This document shows positions 1-13,220 of a stretch of DNA of 64,000 nucleotides, piece by piece. Position 1 is the stretch's first letter. Each line of letters opens with the position of its first letter. Made by a program: the position numbers and the translations under genes. Under the pieces are notes generated by a model. It did not search any database. It was given only the letters and a program-made list of their open reading frames with translations, and had not been told where the DNA came from. Source of the stretch: Nymphaea colorata (taxonomy: Eukaryota); NCBI RefSeq assembly GCF_008831285.2, contig NC_045138.2, positions 37,758,001 through 37,822,000 of the forward strand. Direction: 5' to 3'.

Positions 1-36
1 CATGTAGCACACCAGAATAGACGTATAGATAGAGGC

Positions 37-282
37 ATTGAAATCAGCTGGCTGCCTCCTTGGCCAAACATTTTTCTTTTGTATCGCTAAACACAGTCAG
101 AAAAAGTGCATTGGCAATGGCAGTTGCTTAGCCACAGTTTTTAGCAACAAAATGTACTTTTTCTGACAGTTTTTAGTGACACAATAAATAGCAACGGAAT
201 GCACCTTTTGTAACAGTTTTTCGCAACACAAAAGAAAACAAAAAAAAATATCTACCCATAGAGGCAGCTGGCTGATTTCAAT
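37..282. mobile_element. MITE-like element in EMB2737 intron
   Basis: 22-bp terminal inverted repeats ATTGAAATCAGCTGGCTGCCTC (37-58) and GAGGCAGCTGGCTGATTTCAAT (261-282), 20/22 complementary; AT-rich interior; no clear TSD. Confidence 0.5.
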
Positions 283-329
283 ACATATATATATATATAA
301 AAGAGAGAGAAAGAGACACACACACACAC

Positions 330-3300
330 CTTTTTAACTTGAGAATCAACAATTATTGGCTTTGGCAGGATGCCTTCTCCTTTCTCTATGAATGGTCGAA
401 CCTTTTCTTCCAAAAGCTCACTTAACTGAAGTAGGAGAAATAATAACCACATCATGTATCTCTCAGGGTCTCCTCAGACCATCATAGAGCCCGATCTGCT
501 AAAATAAACTATACTCCCACAGCAAGGAATTTAACAGAAATTAAACGACCCTGCATACCTTGTCTTGCCGCCATTTCGTTTCCCATTGTGCATCCAAGAT
601 TTTATCAGCCATTTCTCTCTGTGCATTGAGAAGAGTGGTCATTTCAAAAAGTTTCTTGGGATCTTTAAGGTCTTCCTCAGCCCAAGAAGCACCATCCAAG
701 GGAAGCTTCAAATCCTGTAACAATTGCAGAAAGACCACCACGATCATATTATCCAGTGCACAACATAAATAAGTGCAAATGCATAACAGAGAGAGATGGA
801 TGAGGACCGCTAGCACAGTGGAGGATGCTACACCAACCTATTGATGGGAATTCGGCTTACTGCAAAGGAAAGGCCATCAGAAATTTTAAATTATGTTTTG
901 CTCAAAAAGTAGTGTGTTTATGGGTGGAAACTCCTAATGTTGACAATGTTAGGAATAGCTGCTGCTACTGAAGACATCACAGATATGAACTTACACCCCA
1001 GTTGTGTGGCCGAGGTGGAGCATCCAGCTTCATGACTTCAACCTCCAGAGCCTTCTTGGCTTTGTAATAAGGGATGTTTTTCACAATAACAGGATCATCC
1101 CTAGCACGTGCTGGATCTATAGAAATAAGTGCCTGGCAAAAAATGAGTTAGAAATTAGAACCTCTAGGCAAACCAAAAAAGATGACAAATAAATGATTGT
1201 TATTGAAGTTTTATAATGTTTCCATGTTTGACAAAGTATGTATTTAGCATAAAAAATTGCCTGAACAAAAAGGAAAAACCAGCAGATGAGCAGAATACTA
1301 ACAAATCAAATATAATTCTTGTTGACAGGCATCAAAATTGAACCATCAAATTGCACCAGTACCGACAATATAAGCACCATGGTTCCCTTTTAGTTTTAGT
1401 TGTTAGTATTTGTACAGATATTCAGAATGGAACTGAGTGGTTATAGTACAGTAGCGCTTAAGAAATAATACAGTTAAAGGAATGTTAAAGCAACAACAAA
1501 ACCAAATACACACACACATGCAGGAAGAATCTCCTTCTCATGCACTATATGGAGAAAGGCATTTAATTATCTTACATCTTGAACATACTCCCAACCAGGT
1601 TTTCTCATAGCTACAATATCGCGCAGTTGATCGTACCGCATAGACTCCTGAAACAGTACCACAACCATGAGAAATGAGTAAACATCAAAAAACTCATGGT
1701 GTTGTGCACAAGGAACCGATCAAACCCATGTATGAACAGCAGTGCAGTGACAGATCTCGGATCAGGGTGATCCAAGGGAAAGAAATCATGTGATCCATAT
1801 CCTCAAAGCAACTAAAAAATAAAATATATCCGCAAAAATCTCATGCTTTAAAATTTCAAAGAACTTATCTAAAAGTATCATCAAGATCAGCTGTCTACTA
1901 ACGCAGTGTCTAGGTAGTTAAAAGCGCTACGTGGCTCTAGCTAGTGGACCTTCAAAAAGGACCAGGCAGGGCCTAAGCTGGCCAAAAAAGGTAAAAAGAA
2001 GAAAAAGGAGGAGAAAGAAAAGGAACAGGGAAAAAGGAAAAAATTAAAAGAGCAAGATGAAAAGGAGGAAAAAGATTTAAGACTTATTCTAAAGTTGGAT
2101 GCCTATGTAGAACAATCAAAAAGATAGTCACCATTGTTGTGGGCGCACCTTGGCAGGCATCTAGGCATGCTTTTGACAACACAGAACTGTGCTAGGTGCT
2201 AGGCCTTTACCCGTACCACCTAGGCAAGTGGTACATCATCCAAGTGGGATCTGAATGCACTACCAATGACAACAACCTAAATAATTCAGATATTTCTCAA
2301 CCATTTTAGTTTCTTCACACTGGACGGGAAACTCATAAATCAGATATAGCAACAGTCACATCAATCATCGCAACATAACAACATTATTACTATATCTGGG
2401 TATGCATGAAAAGTCAAAACAAAACAAATTTCAAGCTTGTCCTGACAACTACGACAACACAAGATTGGCCAAAAATTCCAAGTGCACAAGGAAAATTTAG
2501 TACATCAGTAACTCTATACTGACCTTATATTCCCACCATATTTTCTTCTTCACATCATCATCATAGGTAAAGCCACCAACAATCTCGGGCATGGATATCA
2601 ACCAGAATTCAGCAAACTTCGGATTTCTCATGCTATTGATGATATTCTGAGGTATAGAAAATACATAACTCAATTAGAATTTTGAAGGCTCGACTATGAA
2701 CTGAAAAGAACAAATCCTGGGTTAAGTATCAGAAAAGCACATCAAAATTCCCACACCAAACTGCAGAAAAAACTTGTTTTGCTCGATGCATATTTATGGA
2801 TAACCTATAAAAAAGATGGAGGAAAAAGGACCTTGAAGGTCTTTTAATGAAGTGTCAGATACTGAAAAAACAGAAACAATGAAGGAAAGAAGAGTAAGAG
2901 AACTAAGAAAATATTCAAAATAGAGAACAGACACCACCAAGTTCTAGCTTAAACCATAAGTAGCCCATATTATCCATCACTGTCCACTTTCAGAGATATA
3001 CTAAATGCAATCTCCCACCCGTCCAAAAGTGTGCACCTATAAGCTGCAACTTTGTTAGTTTATATGCTTATCATCAGACTAACAAGTTTCAAGGATATTG
3101 CAGTTTCTCGTCCAAAACTACCAAAGCACATGCCAATTGGTCATGAATTACGATAACGGCAAGGCATGCTCATGTATTCATGCCACCAAAGAAGATTCAT
3201 CCCCAGGTAACAGAAGTTGAGGCATGCAGTCATGATGTAGCAGCCATAAACAAATTAAATTGATTACCGAGAAAAGATGTACTAATAATACTTGCCTCAT

Positions 3301-6300
3301 AAGGGAATTCCATCTTCTTCATGATGTTGTATGCTTTCCAAGGCGGCTCCATGATCTAAAGAAGAAAATGAAGAAACCACTTCAGCAGCACTTGTAACTG
3401 ATAAGGCTAGAATATAGGAATCACAAGAAAACACAAAGATACAATACTGCTTATAGTATGCAGAAGCATCCAAGAAAGCTTGTGAAATACAGAACAGAGT
3501 CGTCCAAAACCTGACATTGCTTTTGATGAAATGTTCAACATGAAATTTGATCAATAGACACCCTATCTGCTATGTAACTTACATCATCTGCAGATATTCT
3601 GACTTGTAAACGGTTTTGGCACTCGGGACATCCCATAACTCCCTGCAAAGGCAATATGTGTTTCACTTTTTTGCACTTACATAATCAGGTCAGGTATTCA
3701 CTTGGATATCCTGCTAAACATTTATAATCATAAAATTTGAGGACAAAAATTCATAAAGACACTGAAACAAGTCAAACTTTAAAACCACCCATGAACCCAG
3801 CAATAAAGTTAACTTTTTCTTCAGTTCAGTACGACAATCCACAATGCGAGCTCCAGTTTGATCAGTATGTAGAACAGTATTTGTAGATTGGGCCTGCTTG
3901 CACATTTTAGCAGTTCATGCATTTGCTGAAGCTAGATGCAATAACCATTATTGGAGACTGTTATGATAAAATGGAACTCCTGATTTCCTCATCAATTTAA
4001 ATAACTCACTGATCCAGTGCAAGTTGGGCAGTCTTTGGTAGGCAATGCAAGCGGCAGCTCCAGAGAAGAAGGAAGATGAACTAATTCTGCCCTATTATCT
4101 GCAACAGCTTCTGCAATAGAATCAGCTGTTGGTTTCTGCCCACTGGAAAAAAGATTAACATGAGATATCAAAGAAAAACCGTCACAGGTTGCACTTGATA
4201 AAACCTAATCAAAGGCAGGTCTCAACAAATATTACACACCACTTTTAATGGAAAATGGTCATAAAAAATGCATACAAGTTCTCGGTAAATATTCCATAAT
4301 AGAGATGCAGATAGTCAGATACATTACAGGCTTCCTATGGCAATACTCTGATGGTTCATCTTTTCCGAAGCTCATTATTAAGTGAACAGCAGATGATGTT
4401 AAGCAATACTCATTACCAATTTCGAAAGTCATATAATATGGAGGATAAAATATAACGAATACAGTTTAGTACAACAGGAGACTACAAGTTCATATATAAT
4501 AAATTATAATATTTCTCAAGCATGATGATACAAGAAATTGAATATTCTCTTCACACACATAAATGTGTTTTTACTTGGGCTTGCTATTTATTAGTAGAAC
4601 CACAATTTGCCACATGCAAAACCAAGATAAATAAAGTTGAATCACATGGTTAAACCGCTGGACTTTCAATCTGAGCCTACACAATCTGAATGTGGAATTT
4701 TGATTTTCCAAGCATGGTTTAGATACAAAAACTCCAAACTTACCAATCCATATCAACTTCTATGCATAAGAAATCAATCCATGCACACTAGGAACAATTG
4801 GAACAAAGAGAATAAAACTGTGACACCCTATCTTTCGCTAAAAAACATTACCTTTTCAAAGAATAGTTTTTCACTTGATATTGGACCCTTCCGGTGCCTT
4901 TGCACATTGTGCATTGCAAGGCGTTCCATCCATTGCATGTTCGACAGTTCCTATAGTTCATAAAAGCTGAAAGCTGAATATTGCAAATGTGACTATGGAA
5001 AATAAATTGTGAAAATGAATCAGATTATATGGAAATCAATGGGAAAAATAGACATTACAACTTGGTGTTTTTACAGAATCAGATGCATATTTAATGTTCT
5101 CAACCACATATGCTTGAGCGCCAATTAGGCAATGAACTCAACAAACTGATTCTCAAACAGTTCAAAGTGACAGATGTTCACTAGCAAAAGGTCCTCAAGT
5201 GAAATGGTTAACAATGTTTTCCTTTCGATTTAAAAAACCTAAAGATAGCATTCTTGAACCATAACATGCAACGCTTCTGCAACTATACATTAAGTCACTG
5301 ATGTGGTGATGACACACTTGATTGCCAGTACTAAAGCATAGCACAAAACCTCCATCGGCAGCATGAATTAGAAACTTAGACTTACCAATTAGTTGTGAAT
5401 TTTCTAGGACTTCAAACCACTTTAAATGCATATAAGGTGTTACCAGTAGCTAGTGTTCATCAACAGCCTGACGTAGAAATTATAATATTCCCACTGAAAC
5501 CAGCTTTTCAAAATCAAAAGACTCATAAATGCTGTTGATTTGGAATTTGTCCCAACATTCAAATGCAAAATTCATGTTTGTTGCTTTGTGGAGGTTGGTC
5601 AGCAAAACAGAGCCCTTTCAACCTGTCAGCCCCCTCACATACAGATATAATTCTAAGGTATTAGACACCCAATTACCTAGGTAGGTTACCGAGAGAGGGA
5701 TCAAGTCAAAAGGAATTGAAAGAGAAAAGTTTCAGGACAACCATGGGAAAGTGGTCTTAAACAATATGGTAAGAAAAGAAGAAGTGCTAATGGTCTTTGT
5801 TGTTGTGCAGCTCCGAATGAAGTATTGGGTCAATCTACATCTATGAAATTGGAAGTTTATCAGATAATCGAACTAGATATTCTTGAATTACTTTCATCAT
5901 CACCATCACAATCATCAAAATATAGTTATTTATGTCCTTCCAATGAAATGCATTTTATTCGTAAAAAAAAAGGAGAGAAAAACGTCAAAGAAAGGTCAAA
6001 CCAAAGACTGGGAAAAAAACTCGTTTAAAAAAAAATGTCAAAATGAAAAAAACTGAATAAATCGTGTTTTATTGCGTTTTTTTCCCATTTTTTCGTTTTC
6101 CCCCTTTTTTCATGTTTTTATATATTTTACTTACCAAATTTTTATTTTCTTATTTTTCACATTTTATTTTTATTTTTTTAGGTTTTTCAAATTTTGCCGA
6201 GATTTTCTCGAGGAAAACAACTTTGCCGTATTATACCCGAAAAAAATCCTTGCCGTTTTATACCCAAAAACGATATGTGTAACAATGCAATGAATAGGAA

Positions 6301-8611
6301 AATTTTGTTTTATTGATGTAGTAATGGGTATGCATCAAAATCAGCAGAAATGTGCCCATTTGCACTCAGACGCCACATTTCTAAACGTTGTATTTTCAGC
6401 AGCATCTAAAACACCTTGTTCGCATAATTTGGATCACAATAATCCCATGCTGTACCATAAATACATAGAGATGTAGAAACATACATATATACATAGGCAC
6501 ATAGATGTAGAGTTCATCTAGTCATTAGTTATTCCTGACAATAGATAGAGCAGCACAACCATAACGAGGAGAAATTGTCTAATCTGTCACTTGATCCTTC
6601 ATATTCTGCATAAGCAACATTAGATTCTAATTCTATGAACACTAATTCAACTATCAGTCACTTAGAGCCTTCAGGTTCCGCACAAGCAACACCAAGATTG
6701 AACGTATGTTTGAATGCTAACTGATGAACCTAGTTGTCAATAAAATAAGCATAACATTTTTCACAGTCAAAGCATTTATAAGTACTAAATTCACAAATAG
6801 ACAACACAACGAAGAATAACAGCACAAAGTTTGTTTTTGTTCCGGAAACAAAATGGTAGGTTTAGCATGTGGCATTTGTTCACACCCGAAGTACAGCAAG
6901 ATACGACACCATCTATTACCCATACTAGAGGGAAGTAGCTTTAATAGACAAAAAAAATCCATATATATGAGGTAAGATAGAAGCCCAATCATGTGACAGC
7001 CTAGAGATGGCAATTAGCTAAGAGAAAAATATGTTCAGAACAACAAGCACCTCTGACATAACACCTTCTTCCCCAATTCTAGAGCAATGTCATAGGCACC
7101 AAATGTCGCAATAGCCTGCATTTCATCGAAGAGAAAAACAAGTGACAAAATGAATATCCTCAGATAGCACTATTCCTTATTTTAGGTACAAATATGCCCA
7201 CCATCTAACGTAATATCATAATTTGGATATTTCTCTAGTTCTAAACCTTTTAATAAGCAAGAAAACCCATACGACGAACAACCACAAGGTTTGAACAACT
7301 GCATACTTATAATTTAAGATACCCACCATTAACAATCAAGAGAATACTACATTAGGTAGAAAAAAACAAATTCCACTGAGGTCCAACAAGCTTCGCTTTA
7401 ATAATGGCTTAAGCGAACTCAACTAAAAAGGGCAAAAGTAACTAAGAGGTAGCATGAAGCAATTTGACCTTCAAGTCCGCTTAGGTTCTAAAAAACAAAC
7501 TGTGGGTGGTTTATTACAAACATGTACTCACAAATGAAAGACAAAAAAAAAAGAGAAAAACCGTACATGAAAAATTTTTTCTCACAAACTCCAGCTAGAA
7601 TTAAGATCACCAAGTGATTTTGGATCAAAATCAATAATATTCTCAAGAAAATGCTTCAAGGCACTCGTCTAGAAAGAATATAAAAGTTGGGAGGGCTGCA
7701 TTGCTGCACATAAGTTTTCACGTTTGGGTAAGTCAAATTTAGCTTCGGAACGAGAAGAGGTAACCAACTCAGGACATCGTTACACCATGTTCAGTGGACA
7801 AGGATTAATAAGAAAAAATAACAACAAACAGAAGCAGAAAGGTGTTTCAGACTACCAAATCCCAAAATTTAACAGCCAAACTGTTAAACTCCAGAATGTG
7901 ATGACTCCAAAATGCTGGTTCCTAATTGGCACCGAACCAATGAGAACCCGCATGAAGATAACGCTCATAATCTAACTGAAAACACACACACACACACACA
8001 CACAGCGTGAAGCATGAAGGTTAGTCCTTAAATAGCTCAAAGATCATACAACCACCAAACGAAGTAAAGGTTAATAACATAGACTTGCAAATTAAAATGA
8101 AACGTGAAAACGGTGTCCGTAAAATGGACAAAAATGCCTTCTCGAAATAAAAACAGCGAAAAGAAGGTTGATAACATAAACAGTTATGAGAGTAAAGAAC
8201 CGACAAAATTTATGGCGTAAAATTCGAAGTGTATCCCAACGGAAAGGCATGCAGTGAAACGCTTGGAAAGGGAATACGCGAGAAAGCGATGAGAATACAG
8301 GTCAAGAAATTGGTAGTGTGATGAATTGCAGTAGCAGAGTGGAAGAATGGGGATGGGAGAGGAACTGAAGAGGGTGCGTTACTTACGAAGATGGCGGAGA
8401 AGGAGAGACGGGACACGAACTCCGGGATGCCGAAGCCACGAGGGGCTGAGCCGGCGATGTCGAAGGCGAGGGTGAAAGGGGAGACGACGAGGCGGAAGGG
8501 AAGTCCCAGCAGGTCCAGCAGGGGAGTAGCATACTTGGCCTTGAATATCTTCGTGTAGATGTCCGCCTTGAACTTCACAAATCGAACCAGTTTGTCCGTT
8601 CCTCTCGCCAT
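330..8611 (-). CDS. EMB2737: EMB2737-like chloroplast protein with DnaJ-type CxxCxGxG zinc-finger repeats (3'-partial; terminal exon not identified in window)
   Basis: 11 phase-consistent exons: 8611-8387, 7115-7051, 4950-4852, 4142-4010, 3642-3583, 3355-3296, 2646-2524, 1647-1576, 1132-995, 714-559, 425-330 (409 codons). Translation MARGTDKL..SPFTLAFDIAGSAPRGFGIPEF..CRTCNGWNALQCTMCKGTG..CPTCTGSGVMGCPEC..ISADDIMEPPWKAYN..ADKILDAQWETKWRQDK matches recalled Arabidopsis EMB2737 along its length. Confidence 0.92.
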
Positions 8612-11484
8612 TGTACAGAAGAAAAGAAGACGAAGGGAAGAGAGCGAGAGCGAGAGCGAGAGCGAGAGAGGAGGTGGAGGAGGAGGGAGATAAGCCTCCC
8701 TCTTTCATTTTCCGACTTGCAAGAACAAACCAAAAAATAGAACGGAGCAACGATATTTTGAAAGCTTCTTCACGTTAAAATTGAGAAACCCATTTACATG
8801 GTATTAAAATTGAAATTCCTTTTTCTTTTCTTTTTTTTGTTTTCGTTTGAAACTAATATTCCATTCTGGCAAATGCATTCTCAAGAGGCGCATGTTTTTT
8901 CAATACCGAAGTAAGTTTTTCGCATTTCTTGGCTTCCCTTTTATTTTTCTAAGCAGAAAAAACAGATAAATCTTCTTAAAAAATATATATTTAGACTGCT
9001 GAAAAACTCATTGGCCCCCCCTGGGGCGAATGCTGACAAGAATTCAAAGGAACCTCTTAAATAGATCTTCAGATGCTACTGCCATCTGATTTGATTCTGA
9101 AGAAATTTTAATTTCGTTCCCTTTTTGAGTATAAGAAGTTGATGCTTCGAGAACTGAAAGACATTTGTGATCAGCTGCACATTTCTGCATACCACCAGTT
9201 TTTTTTGCATTTCTCCTGTGCATGCTATTTTCACTCACTTTCCAACTTTTTTAAAGCTATTTTCCCTTGGTTCCTTCATCTATAGTGTCACATTAAATCA
9301 AGTGTCACTTTCCACCTGTATGAAATTTTTTATTTGAAAAGGCCAAACAATTAATTTTATACGTTTTTTTTAGATAGAACTTAGATGTGGAAACTCAAGT
9401 TCAATTTTGGTTATCAAGCTATATATTGAATCTGAATCTAATGGATAATCAGCCTGGGATTTTTGTGCCATGTCCAGCTAAGTGGACTTGAAATTGAGTT
9501 GTAATCAAATATAACTGATTCATTTACATCTTTAAGAGGTTGTTTGGTAGTAGAGGCACTTTGTAATCAAATTAACCACCTTTAATGTAGACAAAACCTT
9601 GACAAAACAAACTATATATAGGGTGTTCCTTTGTACTTATATTCATCTATCTTTCAAAAGGTTATTATATCTTTGCCTCCAGTTTGATGGATTTTGATCT
9701 TATCCAGCCGCTGCTAATCTAATGGAACCTACCAAAATGATTTAATGGATGCTCATAATGGTAATGATATATCATATACCAAGTGGGTGGTAGATAGATC
9801 ATTCCCACAAAGCGATCTAGCAGATTAAATTATCTGCTCGTGAGGATTTGGATTGAATTGCAGATGTTGGAATTGCAGTCGTCTTCTTATTCAGATGCGC
9901 CTACTTTATGGAGTTCACGAACAGAGCATGATTCTGTTTGAGTCAATCTATTGAGCGACTTCTTTCTCCACATGCATGCTTGTTCTCTGGCATCTTGTTC
10001 CCTTTCTTGTGGAGTAATTCCTTGGATCATTCTACAGGATCCTTACTTCTTTTAGTTATCTTTGTTCCTTTCTCTTTTCTCGTTTCCATATCTTGTTCTT
10101 TTTGCTTTTTCGATTCTTCCGGCTGAACTGAAGGTTATTATATATAATACACACTCATAGTAGTATTACAGTATGCCTTACATTTATGTTAAATTCATGA
10201 ACAATTACTTTATCAGATCCTAAACAGTACTTAATCAAAGAGTTATCTCGAAAAGCGGGCTGGCACAGACAAGCCAGACTTGGCCTGGAATTTTCAAGAT
10301 CCTAGTTTTCGGAACCGGATTTTCATAAGAACCAGGAAATCACGAGTCGGTAGCTCGAGCCGGGTTAAAAGGGTGGTGAATCATCGAAGTAGGGACGTTT
10401 TCGTCCAAGCGAGTTTTAACGCGATGAAGATAACAAAGGCGGAGATAATACGTGTTAGATTTTCGAAACGTGTCCACCACACGTGCGAGTCGCTTGACCT
10501 TCACCGTACATCTCTTGGCTCGAGAAGAAAAATCTATCCATCCTTTCTCCGGAGGTCGATAATGCCCCCGCTGTCTTCACAAATTACGGTACCTGAGTCG
10601 CACGTCCGGTTCCGGTTTTGCGTGTTGTCCGCCCTTTTTTTTTTAAAAAAAAAAAAAATTCTTCAGTTCCGATCACAGTTTTGTATTATGTTGGTTATTG
10701 CTTCTTAAGAAAATCATTGAAGTGCCTAATGTTGCATAATTTGGCAGAAATGAAATTTGCCTAATTATGACTTGCCAGTTCAAAAGAAAAATGAAAAAGG
10801 ACTTCACATTGAGTAACCAATAAGAATTGTATACTAGGTGGGCACATTTCACCCAATGTAGAAATTTTCTTCTATCTCATACATTTGAAATTTAATATTG
10901 TGTATAATGGGGCAATGCTTAGGGATGGTTCTGTATTTAGCAAATTTAATTTCATTTTTTCTAAATAAAAATATAAAAATAAAAATTTTATTAATACATT
11001 GTTTGATACAATATGAGGCTTCCTTCAACTGCTTTGACCAATATAGCCCTCGGATCATTAGATCTTGCGATGGTGCCATCCTGATAGTGAATTGATTTGC
11101 TAAATTAGGGTTTTTTCAAGGTTTCGCTGAATCAGGTTTTTGTACGTTTGCGTTAAATGAAAGGTGTCGAGAAAATCAATAAGAAAAGCACTACTAGAGT
11201 GGTATTTAAAGAAAGATTTGGGCCTTTGAGTAATTCCATAAAGGTCAGGTCGCAGTGAAGTACTTCATAGGGGTAGAAGAGATATTTAACTTTCGGTGCT
11301 GTGAAGATCTCATAATTGCTAAAAAACACTTCTTAATTGAACCTTCGGAGAAGAAAGAAGGGAAAAACTCGCCTTTTTAGGCGAAGACTATTCTCCTCGC
11401 ACTCGTACCAGCCGAATCCCATCATATCCCCGACACCACCAACGAAAACGGAAAAATTTCAGGTCCTTCCCTGCTGCCGAGCTT

Positions 11485-11494
11485 CCATTTATGG
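11485..11494. promoter_or_regulatory. Perfect CArG box upstream of the MADS-box gene
   Basis: CCATTTATGG = CC(A/T)6GG, within near-palindromic TTCCATTTATGGAA, about 280 bp upstream of the ATG at 11771. Confidence 0.5.
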
Positions 11495-11770
11495 AAACAT
11501 TTGCAGCCTTTGCTCATGAATAAGAGCAAGAGAATGACCCATCGCATTCATTTTCTCTCTCTAGACGCCTCTTTCCGTCCCTCTCTAGATCACTAGATGT
11601 CATTGTCTCTCTAGAAACTGTGATATTTTAATGTGGAACTTTCCTCTTTAAATCCATACAGTTCATTGGTAGTTCGTCTAATGCGCACACACAGACCCCA
11701 TCGTTTCCTTTCTTCCCTTCGACAACATCCGCAGTAAGATTTTGGTGCAGAGAAAGAGGGAGGGAGTCAG

Positions 11771-13220
11771 ATGGGGAGGGGAAAGGTTGAGCTGAAAAGA
11801 ATTGAGAATCCCCACCAGAGGCAGGTTACTTTCTCTAAAAGGAAAAATGGGTTGATCAAAAAAGCAAGAGAGATTTCTGTTCTGTGCGACGCTCATGTTC
11901 TTCTCGTTCTTTTCTCGTCCTCAGGCAAACTCTACGACTTCCTTAGCCCCTCTTCTCTCAGGTCCCCCTTCTCTGTTGCTTTTCATTTCTTGTCGCTTGC
12001 TTCTGCATTTTGCGTTTTTTGGTGGTGGAATTCTACACTGACAGGCATTTGGAATGCTTGTTTTCGTATTCTGTTTGCTACTTTTTAAGTGTAAGCAAGT
12101 TCATGGAGAAATATTACGCGGCCACTCAGAGTGGAATCTTTGAAGAAAAATTCATGGTGCTTAATTTCTCCAAGATCCTTATTTCTTTGCAAAACTTTCT
12201 GCTTAAGAGACGAGTTTCTCTTATTGTTGTTTTTTCTTTCCACTTACGTCTCTGTGCAGGAAAACGGTGTGGACGTTGTGAAGGTGAAGCGAATAAGTGA
12301 GCAGCTGCAGAAGAATATAAAGTAAAGTTCTGTCTTACTTGAAATGATCAGAAGTTGTACTCTTCTTCCTTTCCTGGTTCTCTGAAAATTTGCTTGATTT
12401 ATCTCACCCATGAAAGCCTAGGGAGATGAATGGTTTTAAGAACTCTTGGGGTTAAGCGGATGTTGGCATTGGTCAAGTAGAGCTTGTATACTGTGTGCTT
12501 TGATTTGATCAAAAGGCTTGCTGTGAATGTAACAGTATTGATACTAATTCCGAAGCAGGTCTATTGATGGAGAAGAAGGAAACTGCTGTTCCTTGTCGAT
12601 GTTGGACTATCTTGAACAAAACCTTGAAGCCACGATTGCTCATGTTCGAAATCAGAAAGTGAGATTTTTTCTTCATTATGTGCTCGTTTGGCATTGATTT
12701 ACAGGTTTTATAGACCGACTGTTTCATCTTTTTGGAACAGGAGAAGATGATGCAACAAGAAATTGAATACCTTAAAAACATGGTACATGTAATCATTTTG
12801 CTTCACTTTTTGTTGTTGTTTTTGCTCCTCTCTTTTTTCCTGCTTTTTTATCTGATAATGACTGCGCTTCTTAGGAACGTTTTCGACTACAAGAGAGAAG
12901 AGAAATCTTTGAGGAGGTAGGAGAAAGTGTAACTTTTCCCTCCGCTTCTTCCAAAATAAGAAGATTTTTTCTTGCATTTCCTGATCCTGACATTTCAAAA
13001 AACTCTCTCTCTCTCTCTCTCAGATGGAGCGGCGTGGTGTTAGAAGATCGGCTCCTGGTTGCTTGCAGCATCTTAAGCCCTTGTTCCTTGAGCCACAAGA
13101 CCATGAATTAGATTTGAAGCTAGGTACTATTTCTCTCTCGTGGTACTAAATGTCTCTCTTTCAAATGGTAATATAATATGTAGCCATGTTTGAGAGACTA
13201 GGATTTCAGGTCTGTGGTGA
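11771..13220 (+). CDS. MADS32: MIKC-type MADS-box transcription factor, OsMADS32/CFO1-like clade
   Basis: Exons 11771-11961, 12090-12156, 12260-12321 (62), 12559-12658 (100), 12741-12782 (42), 12875-12916 (42), 13024-13123, 13210-13220; the 62/100/42/42 pattern is the canonical K-box layout; about 204 aa. [46 protein letters not shown] and C-terminal ELDLKLGLW parallel recalled OsMADS32 (LYHFLSPTVPSVREFVERY, LEHNLEAAMRKVRSEK, GLDLKLGFN). Retaining the last intron would stop at 13149. Confidence 0.88.

Noticed and set aside
97..327. ORF ending PMHFF as a possible last exon of EMB2737
   Set aside because: Lies inside the inverted-repeat element and lacks a convincing acceptor; the true last exon is probably left of the window.
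1900..6290. Further MITE-like stretches in EMB2737 introns (about 1900-2185 and 5920-6290)
   Set aside because: Termini too degenerate and no TSDs; boundaries not defensible.
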